Under the pieces are notes generated by a model. It saw only the letters and a program-made list of their open reading frames with translations. It was not told where the DNA came from and searched no databases. A stretch of 63,993 nucleotides of DNA, counting the filler, from Basidiobolus ranarum (lineage: Eukaryota): NCBI GenBank assembly GCA_040143965.1. It is 5 parts of 5 records of this genome, joined end to end, with 100 filler letters (N's around TTAATTAATTAA, not from the genome) between each part and the next. Parts side by side here need not be neighbours in the genome. Positions count along the whole stretch, not along the records: positions 52,380 to 63,993 come from JASJQH010000602.1; 4 more parts are not named here. The stretch is one strand, 5' to 3'. Both the position numbers and the translations under genes were made by a program. Below are positions 53,187 through 63,993 of this stretch, in pieces. The stretch's first letter is position 1. Every line of letters begins with the position of its first letter.

Positions 53187-54698
53187 ATGAAAGTCAACAT
53201 CATTCATAATTCTCCACTTGTAGTTATGACAAACTCTACTCCGAATGAGATTCCTACTGAAATGCGTGCCTGGCGTTGGTCTAGTAGTGGAAGTCCAAGT
53301 GAAGTTTTAAAACTAGAAACCAATTTACCCATTTGTTCTCCCAAACCACACGAAGTATTATTAAAGGTTCATGCCACCAGTATTAATCCGGTGGACTCTA
53401 AGGTAACTTCCACTTCATTATTCTAAGGAGTAGAATTTAAGAGAGAGTGGACATTCTTCTGAAAGTCTAGTTTATTTTGGATATTGTTTAATTAATGACT
53501 CCATTCAAGTAGAATATGAAAGATAATATTCTTCATAAGTTACTCAAGAAGCCTTTTACTCCTTGTTTGGATATTGTTGGAACGGTGGTAGAGATTGGAA
53601 AAGAAAGTACTAAGTTTAAGATTGGGGATAAAGTGTTTGGAAATTTGAACCCTATGAAGGTACGTATTTCAACGAAAATGAACCTAAAGCATGATCCAAT
53701 ATAAGTCACTAAACGAGAATTTCTTATGAATCTGACCTACTAATGATCCAGGGGGGAGGACTAGCTGAATATTGTCTTTCTGAAGAACAGTTCTTAGTTA
53801 AAGCTCCCGAGCAACTTACCGACGTTGAGCTTGCCACTTTTCCATTAGTATCACTTACTGCTTGGCAGGGAATTGTATCGAAAGGTCAAGTTAAGAAAGG
53901 AATGCGAATTCTTATTCATGGAGGAGGTGGCGGTGTCGGTTAGTATTAATATTTCAAACGAAACTATGCTCTTAGTCATTGATATAAACCAAGTATGAAT
54001 TGTAGGCACGGTGTCCATCCAATTAGCCAAGTATCTCGGTGCGTATGTGATTTGCACCTGTTCCAGCAAAAAGATCGAATTAGTACGTTCTCTCGGGGCA
54101 GATCAAGTCATCGATTACACTATTGAGGATGTAAAGAAAATTTTAAAAGAGGACAAGGTGGATGTTGTTTTTGATTGTGTAGGAGGGACCGAAGTAATAT
54201 TCCATTCACATATTTAGAATATAATACGCTGAACTCAATAACCAACTAATTCTTGATATGATCTACGTAGATTTACGAAAGTTCTTTAGAAATTCTAAAA
54301 ACTTCCGGTTCCTTTATCACCATTGTAGGCGACGAGCCAGAGATCGGTGGAATAGGTTGGTTGATGAAAAATGGGGCTCGAATCCTATCAAGAAAAACAT
54401 TCAGTTACTTCGGCTATTCAAATTATATTATGTTCTCGGGAGCCCCAGTCGAAGAACAGCTTGAAGAAGTAAGCAAGTTAATAACAGAAGGTATGTGATT
54501 CAGACTTGACTCTAGCTTCTGTAAAGGTACAGCCCCCTTTTTCTCTGTGAAAGACTAATCATCCTTATTCAAGGTGCTCTCAAACCTGTTATAGACTCTG
54601 TTTATTCATTCGAGCAATCAGTGGAAGCATTTGAGAAACAATTGAGTGGTCATTGTAGTGGTAAGGTCATAGTTCAGTTATCATGTGGTTGTACCTAA
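53187..54698 (+). CDS. Zinc-independent MDR-family NAD(P)H quinone oxidoreductase (RTN4IP1/Yim1-like); multi-exon; start may be 53226
   Basis: 'EVLLKVHATSINPVDSK', 'PCLDIVGTVVEIG..FKIGDKVFG', 'GGLAEY', 'LTAWQG..ILIHGGGGGVG', 'SLGADQVIDY', 'LKPVIDSVYSF..GKVIV'; stop 54696-54698. Confidence 0.92.
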
Positions 54699-56292
54699 TG
54701 TTGCTCCAAAGACAATAGCAATAAAAAAGGAACTGAACCCTCAAAGCTGTAATGAATTGAATCTAGATGAGGTAAACATTGATTGTACAAATTCAAGCTT
54801 TAACCTTATTTAGTCATGGTTTCTGAAGCGAGTGAATGAAAATCAATTCGAAGGATATTTCGGTGAAAGTAATGGAGGAATCATGTGACTGGTGGACACT
54901 TGCTTTTTACAATGCCAAGATCAGATGAGCATCAAGAAATTGGAAAGCAAAATGGAACCTTAAACAAGACCTTCTTTTGGATTATCGTAAGCCACTGCGG
55001 GATCTGGTACAACTAGGATTTATCGCACATTGGTTTCTTTGTCACAGATTAGAAGACTTCCATTAGGGTTCTCGAGTCACTAGGCTTCTTATTGGTTCAT
55101 CAATCTTCTTGCAACGATGTCTGTAATGAGAGGATCCACTCGCAATAGCAACTCCAAGGTAAACATGAAGGAGATGTAGATAGCGATCATCACCACTGGT
55201 AGCAAACATATAGACGATAATCCACTCCAGATGTTAGGATATTTTATTACTGATGGTGCATGTAAAAGTGAAAGTAGCATGTGCGTTTATGATATAATGT
55301 TATACATAACAGGCAGAGTATGGGTAAATATAATATCCATAATCGAGAAGTTCATAAATGGTATCTTCCAGTAAAATACAAGATCTACGAACATCCCACC
55401 AATCCAAAGCTTGGAACCCATATTGGATTGAAGTAAATCATTCTACTGGTAAATCCTCAAATATACATGATAGTGATGCTTTAAAATTACATTTTATATT
55501 TGAATTCTATTTGGGAACTGATTAATAAGTTGTATATTTTTTCTTCTGAGCACGCACTTGGATACAATACCTCGAGAACATACTCCTCGGGAGCTAGGAG
55601 AGGCTTATGGCTTTAAAAATAGACACCATGTCGATTAAAGGAGCATACGCCACTGGTAAGCACTAGTCTCATGATAGAAGTGCATGTTAACTCTGGTCGA
55701 TAAAGTGATGAATCGGACTTCTTTATTACTTTCGAAGTAGCATGATATTCCAAGAATGAGAATCAATCCATGTTCCGGTAAAATTAATGCCAACTATCCT
55801 GAAGTCTCTCATGTATAATCTTAGCTGCCCTTCTTCTGTATTCCAACAGTAATATTGGAATACCCGGGCATATCTTGAGGTATAAGATATTATATATATA
55901 CTTGCGGATGTGCAGCAAGCCAACCAAAACGATCCCAGTTAAAGGGAATGGGTGACATTGTACTCGAGGTAGATGATGGATGATACGCAAAGTGGTGTAG
56001 AAGATGTTTATAGAAAATCCATGGGAATACATGTAATATGTGTATTGGTTTCATTAGGAACATAGAAAGATATCATTCTGATGAAGATTTTCGTAAATTC
56101 CCGAATTCAACAACAGACTGTATTGTAGAGTGTAAAGATGGACCATTATCTAGTCATAATATTAAATAGTAATCTACAATAGGCTTTTGGTGATAGATAA
56201 AGCGTGGAATATTAAATTATTGGAAAGTGGTGTTTGTAACGTGGCATAGAGTGTAGCTTAGAAAGATGGCTTAAGCCTAGATTAGGAATCCT

Positions 56293-59200
56293 TCAACCCT
56301 CATACATACTCAAGGAGCGAGTGTACCTACGGCCCCCATCTTTATTGGTTAGTAACTCAAATAGATGAGAGGCGACCGTTATGTTCTTAAACGTAAGTAA
56401 GTGAACATGTGAAAGTTTCTTTTCGTCTAACAGCGTGATAATGATCCTCTTTTGTCTTCTTTCAACCCCTCTATCAGGTACGTCCGCATTAATCAACGAC
56501 CTACGTGATTTAGTAGATTCCACTACCAGTTTCATCCTTTGTGATGGGAAGGCAATCATAAGTTGCACTATAGTGGATCCAAGACGAGCCCAAGATGTGC
56601 CGTCTTCCAGAAGGAAAAGTTTGCATTTGGACTCGAAGACGCACCTAACCTCGTCGGTAACGGATCTTGTGGTGAGCAATGAATCAGACCTAGAGACAAA
56701 TGTTTCATTGGCCGGGTAATCACTGGATTGAGGTGTACTGACTTCTTTTTCGTTCATTAAAACTTCATAGATCTCATCTGCCTCAGTTTCGTCGTCTGAA
56801 CGAATCCGGTATTTGGCGGTTTTACGGCTGATTTGGCATACAACAATCACATCTGCCTTTTCCGAACGCTCAATAATAGTATCCGGAAGAATCCATGCAT
56901 TCAGAATTTGCCTTTGAGTTCCTTCAGTTAGCAGGGCAATGCAGCTCTTGCGCGCGGAAGTTTCGCGTACCTCTAATACACACTGGCCTACTCGAGCCCA
57001 ATGATCACCCCGCCATTGGGATATGTCACACGCCTCACTCACATATTTTGAATCGATGATAGTGGCAATGGTGCTTACTGAGGAGATGGAGGATATAGAA
57101 CTGGTGGAAGCTCTATTCCCATTCCAGAGATGGGATAGTCGAGGGTTATCCATTATACGCTGGGCCAAGCTTCGTCGCTAAAAAGAAGTGTAACTAATAA
57201 TGAGAATTTCACTACGCGAATGATGAAATTTACCTTGGGTGCATCTGAAGAGGTCGAGTAAGACCGATTTCTTTCTTCGAAGTCTTGCTCCGCAAAGGTG
57301 GGTGATTTGGGTGATGTTTTGTCGGTGACTTCCTCTGATAGGGAAGTTGGAAGATCCTTCTGTTTCTCAAGTGCGAAATTTGTACTAGGTAGGGGCTGTG
57401 GAGGAGGCGTATTTAGCTCCACAGTTTCTATCACAGGTTCAGATGGGGTTAGACTTGATCGTCTAGAGAAAGTACTAATGCGTCTAGAGAGTCTGGAAAA
57501 TGTAGACTCGGTGGCAGGTGGGCTGGGTGGCTCTTCCTTCACCATTTCGGTTGAAGCTAGTTTGAAATCGGGTGAGAAGAAATCGATCTTTGACTCTGTC
57601 TTAGATCTTCTATCGGAGATTGACTGTGGTAAATTCAAAGGTTCGGTTGACGTTCTAGTGATCAACTCGGGATTGTTGAAATAGTCGTTCTTTAGGGATA
57701 TAATTGACGACCGAATATCAACGGAAGAGCCCTCTTCCATTATTGGCGTACTATTGAAGCTAATATCCACTGGGGAAAGAGTAATGCTCGATCGCTTTTC
57801 AAATGTGGATGCTTCGCTTACAGGTGAATAAATACTAGTTCGGTCATCAGTCTCCAATATAGATAACGGCTCATCAGAAAGGGATATCGAATCGAAGTTG
57901 ATCATGGATGGATTCAAGCTATAGCGATTATCAGCCATGGGCATATCATCTTTCAGAGAATCAAGGGTTTGTTTGATCGAGTCCAACACCATCGCCGTAT
58001 CGCCCATGTCAGTATCAAAATCGTTCATAGTATGGCGATTGTCCATATCATCATCATCCTCTTGATCGTCAAAGTCTAAAACTAAAATCGAATTAGAGAG
58101 CCTCTATAAGATGATATTGATGTGGAGGCTTCTTTACTTACTGTTGTAGGTTTCTTCGAGCATTTTGGCGATCTGATAAGTCTTGAATTCTTGCAGCCAT
58201 GAGTCTTTATCTGTGGATTCAGATGCACGGAGCAACAATCTTTCGTCACCTTCTACCTCCAGCTCCATGCAGTTACCTGCTTCATAGTAGGATGTTAGCG
58301 TATCAATAGAAAGATTTTCAGGTGTAGAATCTTCTCGCGTGAATTACCTTCCGGATCTTCACCAAAGTGAGGCTCCAAGGAAACGTTTTCTAGAGGGAGA
58401 GGTGGTTTGAGTAAATAGTACACCTCCTGTCCGTCCTTTTCTTTGGGTTCGCAAAGTAGTAACAAGTCAGTCAGCAAAATCAAGGCAATTGGCTGATCTT
58501 CCTTGGTGCCATCATCAGATTCTCTAATACACACAAATCTATCATCTCTAAGGACTCTGCGTAGACCGGCAAAATCATTATGAGAGATGTTAAGATCTGG
58601 TCGAAGCGACAGTCGGCGAGACTAGAGTATCCAAAGGAGGCATGTGTTAAACTCGAAGGATTCTTCTATTCAAGAATAGTAATTCGTATATAAAGAACGT
58701 ACCTGTGGTGCGGAATTTAGCTCTGAAAAATCTAACTTTGCTTGAAGTTGCTTCACTTCTTTCCACTCATCCCAGTTCAACTGTGCTGTACGAGCGATTT
58801 GAGAGAGTCGATTGATTTTATCACTGGCAGACAGAAATAACGCATACTCTAGGTCTCCTGGATCTACCTCATTACAAACACTCTAACATTATAGTGTTAA
58901 TCATTTTGATTTCTGGATGAATCACATCAAGGCCCATCCTACCATAAATAGCTCCTTATACTGAAACAACGTGTCGAAAGGGTTGGCCATGTACGCGTGT
59001 AAGGTATCGTTAGACCCGTGCAGTCCAGCTTCCTTTAGGAAGGTCCGAACCAGATGATTGTCTACTACCTCTTCGCAAGCATCCAAGCTTTTAACTTGAA
59101 GTTCGCAGCACTTTGTATATGGGGTATCAAGTTTGTTCATCTAAAAGGCGCCAGTTAATGAGCTGAACAAGGTATATTTGAAACTTTCATTTTACCATCT

Positions 59201-59966
59201 GCATTATCACATATCCAAGTCCACCATGGGTATCCCCACCGTTATCAATTTCTTCTAATTGCTGGAGATCCAAAAGGTTATTTTTTAATATAGAATAAGC
59301 AGTCCTAGATCATCATCTTACCTCCAAAAATTTATGGTGAACTTCAAAGAGTTCGGGGAAATTCCCTAACAAATTATCTATTTTCGCTGGGGAAAGCAAA
59401 TGCTTTTTACGCAGCACATCTTCTGAACACTGGTTCGCATACACTCACGTAAGTCAATCGAGCGACTTCCAGAGTAGTATACAAGATATTGGCTTACCTG
59501 AATGATTACTGATAAATTATTGATACAATCCTTCTCCAGTTCAATAAGTTTGGCCAAAGCCTTGTCTATTCCCTTGTTATTCTGAGAAGAAAAATTGGGT
59601 GAGTTTCGGTTCGGTTTGATGTGGAGAAGTTGAGGGGACTTCCTTGGTTACCTTATGCTCAATATTTTGGACTGGATTGGGCTGTTTCAAGTGAATAAAT
59701 GAGTCATTGGCTTACTAGTTGTATATTTCTTATTATAACCTACCGAGGCGCCACGAAACATCAAGGATAATCGGTTGAAAGTTGACAAAGGTTTCTAAAG
59801 TAAAGGAAATGTATTATTAATGGGACGAACAAAAGTTTCAACCTAAAGTGAGAGGGTGCTTTACTTCGAAATTTGTACGAGAAGCTACTGCTGGTACACT
59901 CTGATGGCGAGCCAATTTAATGGCTTCGCTCTGCATAGTGGTATCGAAACTTTCGGAACTGAGCAT
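56293..59966 (-). CDS. Divergent RhoGEF-like protein: DH-PH, long Ser-rich linker, two C-terminal PH-like domains; multi-exon
   Basis: 'ALAKLIELEKDCINNL', 'IDNLLGNFPELFEVHHKFLE', 'LHAYMANPFDTLFQYK', PH 'LILLTDLLLLC..LLRASESTDKDSWL'. ORFs 56293, 57153, 58295 and 58922 are joined by GT-AG introns (e.g. PK|RRSLAQRIMD). 5' exons less certain. Confidence 0.75.
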
Positions 59967-62900
59967 TTATTTTTGAAAAGTGAATTGGAAACCAAAAGTA
60001 GCTGAATAAAGGAACTTTTAGAAGGAAAGCGAAGTTATCCCTACAAATCCCAGACTGTAAGAAGTATGTATGTTAAAATAGTGAACCAAGCAATGAACAA
60101 GGGTGGGTTAGTATTAAAAGAGTGGTAAAATCTGCGAGTAGAATTTCCCAAGTGGGGGATAGAATATGAAGAACCAAAAAAGTGACCATAACTCTACACC
60201 CCAATAGCTACCCCCACTTCATGCATGAATCTGCTTAAAATCCATTCAACTAAACTTCATAAGACAGATCGAAACCAAATCAGATATGCTTCGAAGGCTT
60301 GTGTCTCCAAGTAGGAATTTAATCTGGCTCTAGGATAGACCAATAAGATGGTAGATCTGAGTGATTAAAGTGGAATATTTCTGATCATTTGTGTAATACT
60401 CGCTTGCTTTACACTGTTTACGGCCAAGGTTCACTAAGAAATGGCAAATCACCGTTAACTTGACTAAATTCTATTGGACTTGGATCCTTCTCTCTTCTGC
60501 CCCGTAAATACCCTACAGTAAGTAGAAGTACAGAACGTCCAGCACTCTTCGAGTGTACATTTAGAGGCTTTACTGCATTGGAATTTAACTAGAATGAGCC
60601 CGCACTCCCCTTGCTAAGCGCACAGAGTGGAGGCTAATGTGACACACAAATTATCATCTGAGCATTCAGTTGGATGGGCGATATTATTGATAAATCGTGA
60701 ATGAGTGCACGTGATAATGCTCTTGGCGAATAGTTCATAGTTAATTTGATTTGGATGCTCAAGAGTGGATTTAACTTTGGCTAAATTAAGTGAGCGAATC
60801 AATGAGTGCCCACTTGGCTTGATGATGAGCATATCCGTTACACGAGCGATGGTTGAACAATGAGCTGTATGATAATGCAAGAGTACTTGGTGCCCTACTT
60901 GATTCCATTTATTTCAGGGGTGGTGGTGAATGAGCATGAAGAATATCCATGAAAGTCAGTTTTAGAGATGCCTAAACTGAATCAATCCGACGGGGGGATT
61001 CTAGCAATCAGGATATTTAGAAAACTACCGAATTGTTGAAACTGTAGCTGGGTAATTATATTTCAGCATGATATAGTCTGTTCTTTACTAATCACAGCCC
61101 AGAAAAACTTATATGCCCGTAGAATTCAACATCTAAATAAGCTAGTTGTTTGGCTTTTTATTCGCCCGTATGTTTACCAATACCAAGTTGAAATCCAGAA
61201 GAATTCCCGTACTAATGGTGAGATATCATCGCAAAACATGCTTATTAATTCTAATGCGTGGCTTCATATATACAAATGTACAGACAGGCTTTCAAGATCA
61301 TGGCTCACCAATCGAAGATGGATATTCGATAAAATACTTGAGTTCGGTGCTCAATTCCCATTTACTGAACATAAAACTCAATAAAGAGCACCAAACCTAG
61401 CCCTACTCTAACCCTAAGACTTACACCACTCTTGAGAAATAAGTTTCTAGAGTTAAAAAGGGTTAATTGTTGGCATGGTACTCTGAAACTACCGAGAATT
61501 ATTAGACCATAGATAAGTAGTATAAATACATATTGTTGCAGTATGAAGTGGCCAGTACTTGATTCCCATTAAAACCCCAAATTATATTTCGTATCTGTTT
61601 TGTAGCGTTGGTCGGTTTGACACTTTGTTGCTTAACTTAATCACATGTGCTTATGATAGCGTTTTGATTGTAGTAAGCTCCAAATCATTGGTTATTAATG
61701 GACCTGTTAAGGAGGGTGAATTAATCGACTTATACTTCATCTATGCAACCATCCAAGAGAAAACAGGAACTCTAACTCCCCTACTGTGAATCACATAACA
61801 AATACCTCTTGCGATTGTAAGGTCAGAATCCTATCATAGATACTACATCAATTGGTCCATTCAGAATATGTAGACTGAGGGTTGATAATGAAAAGATTCC
61901 GGAAGACCCCGCCTCTCGAAATATTTAGGTGCAGACGAGGGCAGCCGAGCTGAGTGTTAAATCTTCCTTTTCTATTGGCCTCATAATGTGGATGTAAACC
62001 CTGATTCAAAAGACGTAGGGTTAAACAACGAGTCTAGATGCTAAAGATCTCTAACAATAGATTCCAAATCAGTGTAGATTTTAGGAATAGCAAAATTTCA
62101 GGCAATGAGGCTAGCATAGACTTGCCTATAGATATAAAACCTGGCTTAAGGATAATTCAATTTGCGGATGTTTCAATGGCTTACTTTTAATTATTGCCAA
62201 TGCTCCGAAAATTTTACTTTCCATCATAGTGAACACGGAGTACAGATCTTAGTCCGTCTTTGCAGGAAGCAATCCTGAGAAGAGGCCCAGTGGTATTGGT
62301 TAGAATTTTATCTCCGTTGAGAGTCTGTTGTTTGCTGAGAAATCAGATATCTCTTGTAAGGTCGTCTGCGGCTTTTTTCGTAGTTTGGAATTCCATAGTT
62401 TTCTCGAATTCTGGGATTTTTCCTTTATGAGGAGGCTTTTTGCTAGATTGTATGGATTGAACTCTATGGAGTAGTTCCTTGCAGATATCTCGGTAAAATG
62501 CCACAGAGGATTATTAATAAATATCCAGCGTAATATTCTATACTCAAAATCTAACAAAATCGATTCTCTTACTACGATTCTCTCAGCCGATTGGTTACCG
62601 CAAAATAGTATACCACCAAAGCTTCGAACTATTAGGATCATTCCTCACCAATGTTGACAGCCAACGCTGAATAGTTGACCACGAACCAAGTGATAACCCG
62701 TTTGAGGTTCCCTTGGTGCACATTTGAGGCATATCAGCCCTCGACTTCCAGCAACCAGCAATGTCAGATGGTATCTGTAGAATCACGCAATGGATCTTTC
62801 TATTTCTAGTACTGGTCCAATTGGAGATAGTGTACTAACCACATAAGGCAATTCGTACCAATGACCTTTTTCTTTTCTTCCTGAAATTGGGATTCTGACT

Positions 62901-63212
62901 CTAAGCGGAGGTTGAGCGAACTGCCAATAGATTGGAATGGATTCTGGGTAATAAGCATCTAGCCCTCAACAAACCATTGCCGGTAGTTTTGTGGCTGCTG
63001 AAGAGTGAGTGCTGAAAACTAGCTATAAAATACCCCGAGAACGCGAGTGCTTCAGTGTAAAATTCCTCTCTTAGATCTTTTGTATAGAATTCAGCTCAAC
63101 AGTCAACAGCCTTATTAGAGTCAACCCGCAACTCTTTCCATTCATTATTGTCGATTCCTTATAATCATAACCAGAATATTATCCCTTGCAACTCATCTAA
63201 ACACATATATAC

Positions 63213-63500
63213 ATGCGTATGAAGCTATTCGCGACAAACCCCTTTTCATCCTTGAAACGACATTCGAAAGAGTATCGCAAGCATCAAACCTCGACCAAGC
63301 GTGACCTTAAGGATTCCTCAGAGCCTGTGGCTTATTTCTCCAGCAACAGATCTTATGAAGATTCCATACATGAGCTTGAGACATTTCTAACGCCAGCCAG
63401 TTTAAACGAATGCACACCTGAAGAGAAATTTGCTTACGCGAAAATCGCCGGTTTACTTGACAAAAGCCTGCGGTCCTTTCTCAAAAGCGATTCACTATAG
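63213..63500 (+). CDS. Small hypothetical protein (95 aa)
   Basis: ATG-started ORF with protein-like composition; TATAAAA at ~63024 and a pyrimidine-rich leader. No family recognised. Confidence 0.5.
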   Translation: MRMKLFATNPFSSLKRHSKEYRKHQTSTKRDLKDSSEPVAYFSSNRSYEDSIHELETFLTPASLNECTPEEKFAYAKIAGLLDKSLRSFLKSDSL

Positions 63501-63993
63501 TATGGTTCATACGAGCAACTACGCTCTCGAAGGGTTGAAAATCTGATGTAAAAAGCTGAGTACTGATTTTCCCTCTCGCCATCCGACCCAGTAGCGATTT
63601 TTCCCGATTCTTTTTTAAAAATAGACGACTCTTAATTAATTAGTATAGAAGTTTCCCATATAGACCATAGACTAGACCTTTTCATAGATCACTTCAAATA
63701 TTTTATGTACATATTCGTAGAATAAACAATTAAATAGATTCCCCTATTTTAATGAGCAGCGGTTTGCAGTATTTATTTCAACTACTCCCTTTAAGATCAG
63801 GTGGACTTTAAACTCGTTCCCTTGGGGGTGTTGTTCCTACGTTCTAAAAAACCTATAATAGGTCCACTTCCAACGGCAACTTGGGGAAAGTGCTGATAAA
63901 GAGATGCTAGCTTGGATATATGGCTTCATGAGTCTCTTCGTGTGAAACACTGGAACCAACCTCTTTAAGGATCTCGTATTGATTCAGGGGTGT

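Noticed and set aside
55089..56032. Hydrophobic, His-containing short ORFs suggestive of a desaturase or membrane-protein pseudogene
   Set aside because: Could not assemble a coherent frame or proper His boxes by eye.
62300..62786. Two overlapping minus-strand ORFs (113 and 63 aa)
   Set aside because: Starts are not genuine ATG contexts I could support, and no homology recognised.

Overview
AT-rich eukaryotic DNA with short GT-AG introns, most consistent with an early-diverging fungus (Zoopagomycota/Mucoromycota-like; this is inference). The window is not contiguous genome. It is five contig pieces joined by four identical 100-nt linkers (N44-TTAATTAATTAA-N44). The three complete contigs are 12993, 12992 and 12983 bp, i.e. 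length-sorted, so adjacency across linkers means nothing. Contig 1: Pep7/Vac1-like FYVE protein, RPS25, Pcl/Clg1-type cyclin, two tandem Chs7 paralogues, proteasome alpha4 head-to-head with a truncated ubiquitin gene. Contig 2: Git3/cAMP-receptor-like GPCR, an unknown membrane protein, ORC6-like gene, YHM2-like carrier. Contig 3: Copia remnant and LTRs, UapA-like purine permease, proteobacterial-looking proC, 3' end of a coiled-coil gene. Contig 4: YPK1/Gad8 kinase, internally deleted ubiquitin-AN1 zinc-finger fusion, Rab7-like GTPase, CBM2-like membrane protein. Contig 5: small Cys-rich secreted protein, MDR oxidoreductase, divergent DH-PH protein, small orphan ORF. Best leads: the K48M ubiquitin divergent from a proteasome gene, the 37-residue-deleted ubiquitin-AN1 fusion, the bacterial-type proC, the CBM2-like surface protein and the hairpinin-like secreted peptide. 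None is proven to be a new system from sequence alone.
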